Positions 63,312 through 64,000 of a stretch of 64,000 nt of DNA are shown here, in pieces. A model generated the notes under the pieces. The model was given only the letters and a program-made list of their open reading frames with translations, ran no database searches and had not been told where the DNA came from. The position numbers and the translations under genes are program-made. Position 1 is the first letter of the stretch. Every line of letters starts with the position of its first letter. Origin of the DNA: Fibrobacteria bacterium (lineage in GTDB: Bacteria; Fibrobacterota; Fibrobacteria; UBA11236; JADFYW01); the NCBI GenBank assembly GCA_050294405.1, contig JBNKOC010000028.1, positions 192,001 through 256,000 of the forward strand, written 5' to 3'.

Positions 63312-64000
63312 TTATGCACTGGCGTAACTGCCGGCATATTTTTCAATGAGTTTGTCCAGGTAATCTTTACAGGATTTAGTGGCACCCCAGGCATCTGCCC
63401 AGAAACAAAGATCAATAGTTATCCAGTCGTGGGGCAGCTTTTCCTTAAAAAGCACAGGGACTACTTCATCAAAATCAACGAAGCCATTACCAAAAGGCAT
63501 GTGTGTGGATGTTTCGTCTTCACCATTGGCATTTTTGTGGCAAAGGTTGTCGGAATCAATTAGATGTATGTGGTTTATTCTTCCGCTTAATTTGGATATA
63601 AACTCAACCTGGCCACCAGCTAATGTTTCTTTTTCTCCTGGCTGGCGGGAACCGATAACGCTTACCATGTTGCCGTGGCAGGTGTCGTACAAAATTCCAA
63701 AATTTGGAGCGTCAACCGCATCTAACACCCGTAAAATTTGGCTCGGTTTATTAAAAGCAAACCCAGGTTCAAACTCCCAGGTTACGATTAACCCGTGGTC
63801 GGCCGCAATTTTAACACATTGATTCCATGTTTCTGTGACTCTTTTAAAAGCAGTTTCTTCATCAACTTCAGAAAAGATTGTAGGTGGCTGAACTGTATCT
63901 ACTCGAATGGTTTTAATACCTAAATCCACGCAAAATTTGCAGTTTTTAGTGAATTCACTGATGTATTTGCTTTGGTCATCGGTATTGATAAGTTTTTCGC
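63312..64000 (-). CDS. Sugar phosphate isomerase/epimerase (xylose-isomerase-like TIM barrel), 5' end beyond the window
   Basis: WEFEPG, YDTCH, HIHLID, HMPFGNG. The frame stays open to the window edge. Confidence 0.85.
   Translation of the reverse strand, partial: EKLINTDDQSKYISEFTKNCKFCVDLGIKTIRVDTVQPPTIFSEVDEETAFKRVTETWNQCVKIAADHGLIVTWEFEPGFAFNKPSQILRVLDAVDAPNFGILYDTCHGNMVSVIGSRQPGEKETLAGGQVEFISKLSGRINHIHLIDSDNLCHKNANGEDETSTHMPFGNGFVDFDEVVPVLFKEKLPHDWITIDLCFWADAWGATKSCKDYLDKLIEKYAGSYASA

Overview
A bacterial chromosomal window, most likely Fibrobacterota. This is inferred from a TIGR02147-type protein, an insertion in L17, and Fibrobacter-style secreted proteins. Core content: a nearly complete S10-spc-alpha ribosomal protein cluster (8.4-21.4 kb; no adk, map or rpsD) preceded by a degenerate EF-G paralog, plus uvrC, a PPi-dependent PEP carboxykinase, prmC-prfA-rpmE, a membrane pyrophosphatase, folD and the end of a sugar-catabolic cluster (isomerase, aldolase/SDR, DhaK/DhaL, LsrF). 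The most unusual part is 32.5-42.7 kb. A 16S rRNA gene is followed by tRNA-Ile, then a decayed tRNA-Ile copy with a four-hairpin insert in its T-loop, then an AT-rich cassette (FkbM methyltransferase, sqdB, glycosyltransferase), then tRNA-Ala. There is no 23S/5S. Where 23S would be expected sits a convergent three-gene operon of proteins without signal peptides: an OmpA/peptidoglycan-binding protein, a pre-toxin-TG protein with a PD-(D/E)xK nuclease-like C-terminus, and a T7-lysozyme-like amidase. It has no evident immunity gene and is the best candidate for an undescribed toxin or lysis-delivery module. Just upstream is a tiny or collapsed PEP-CTERM gene that keeps its sigma54 promoter, enhancer-like repeat and terminator. 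All calls come from motif recognition by eye; no searches were run.
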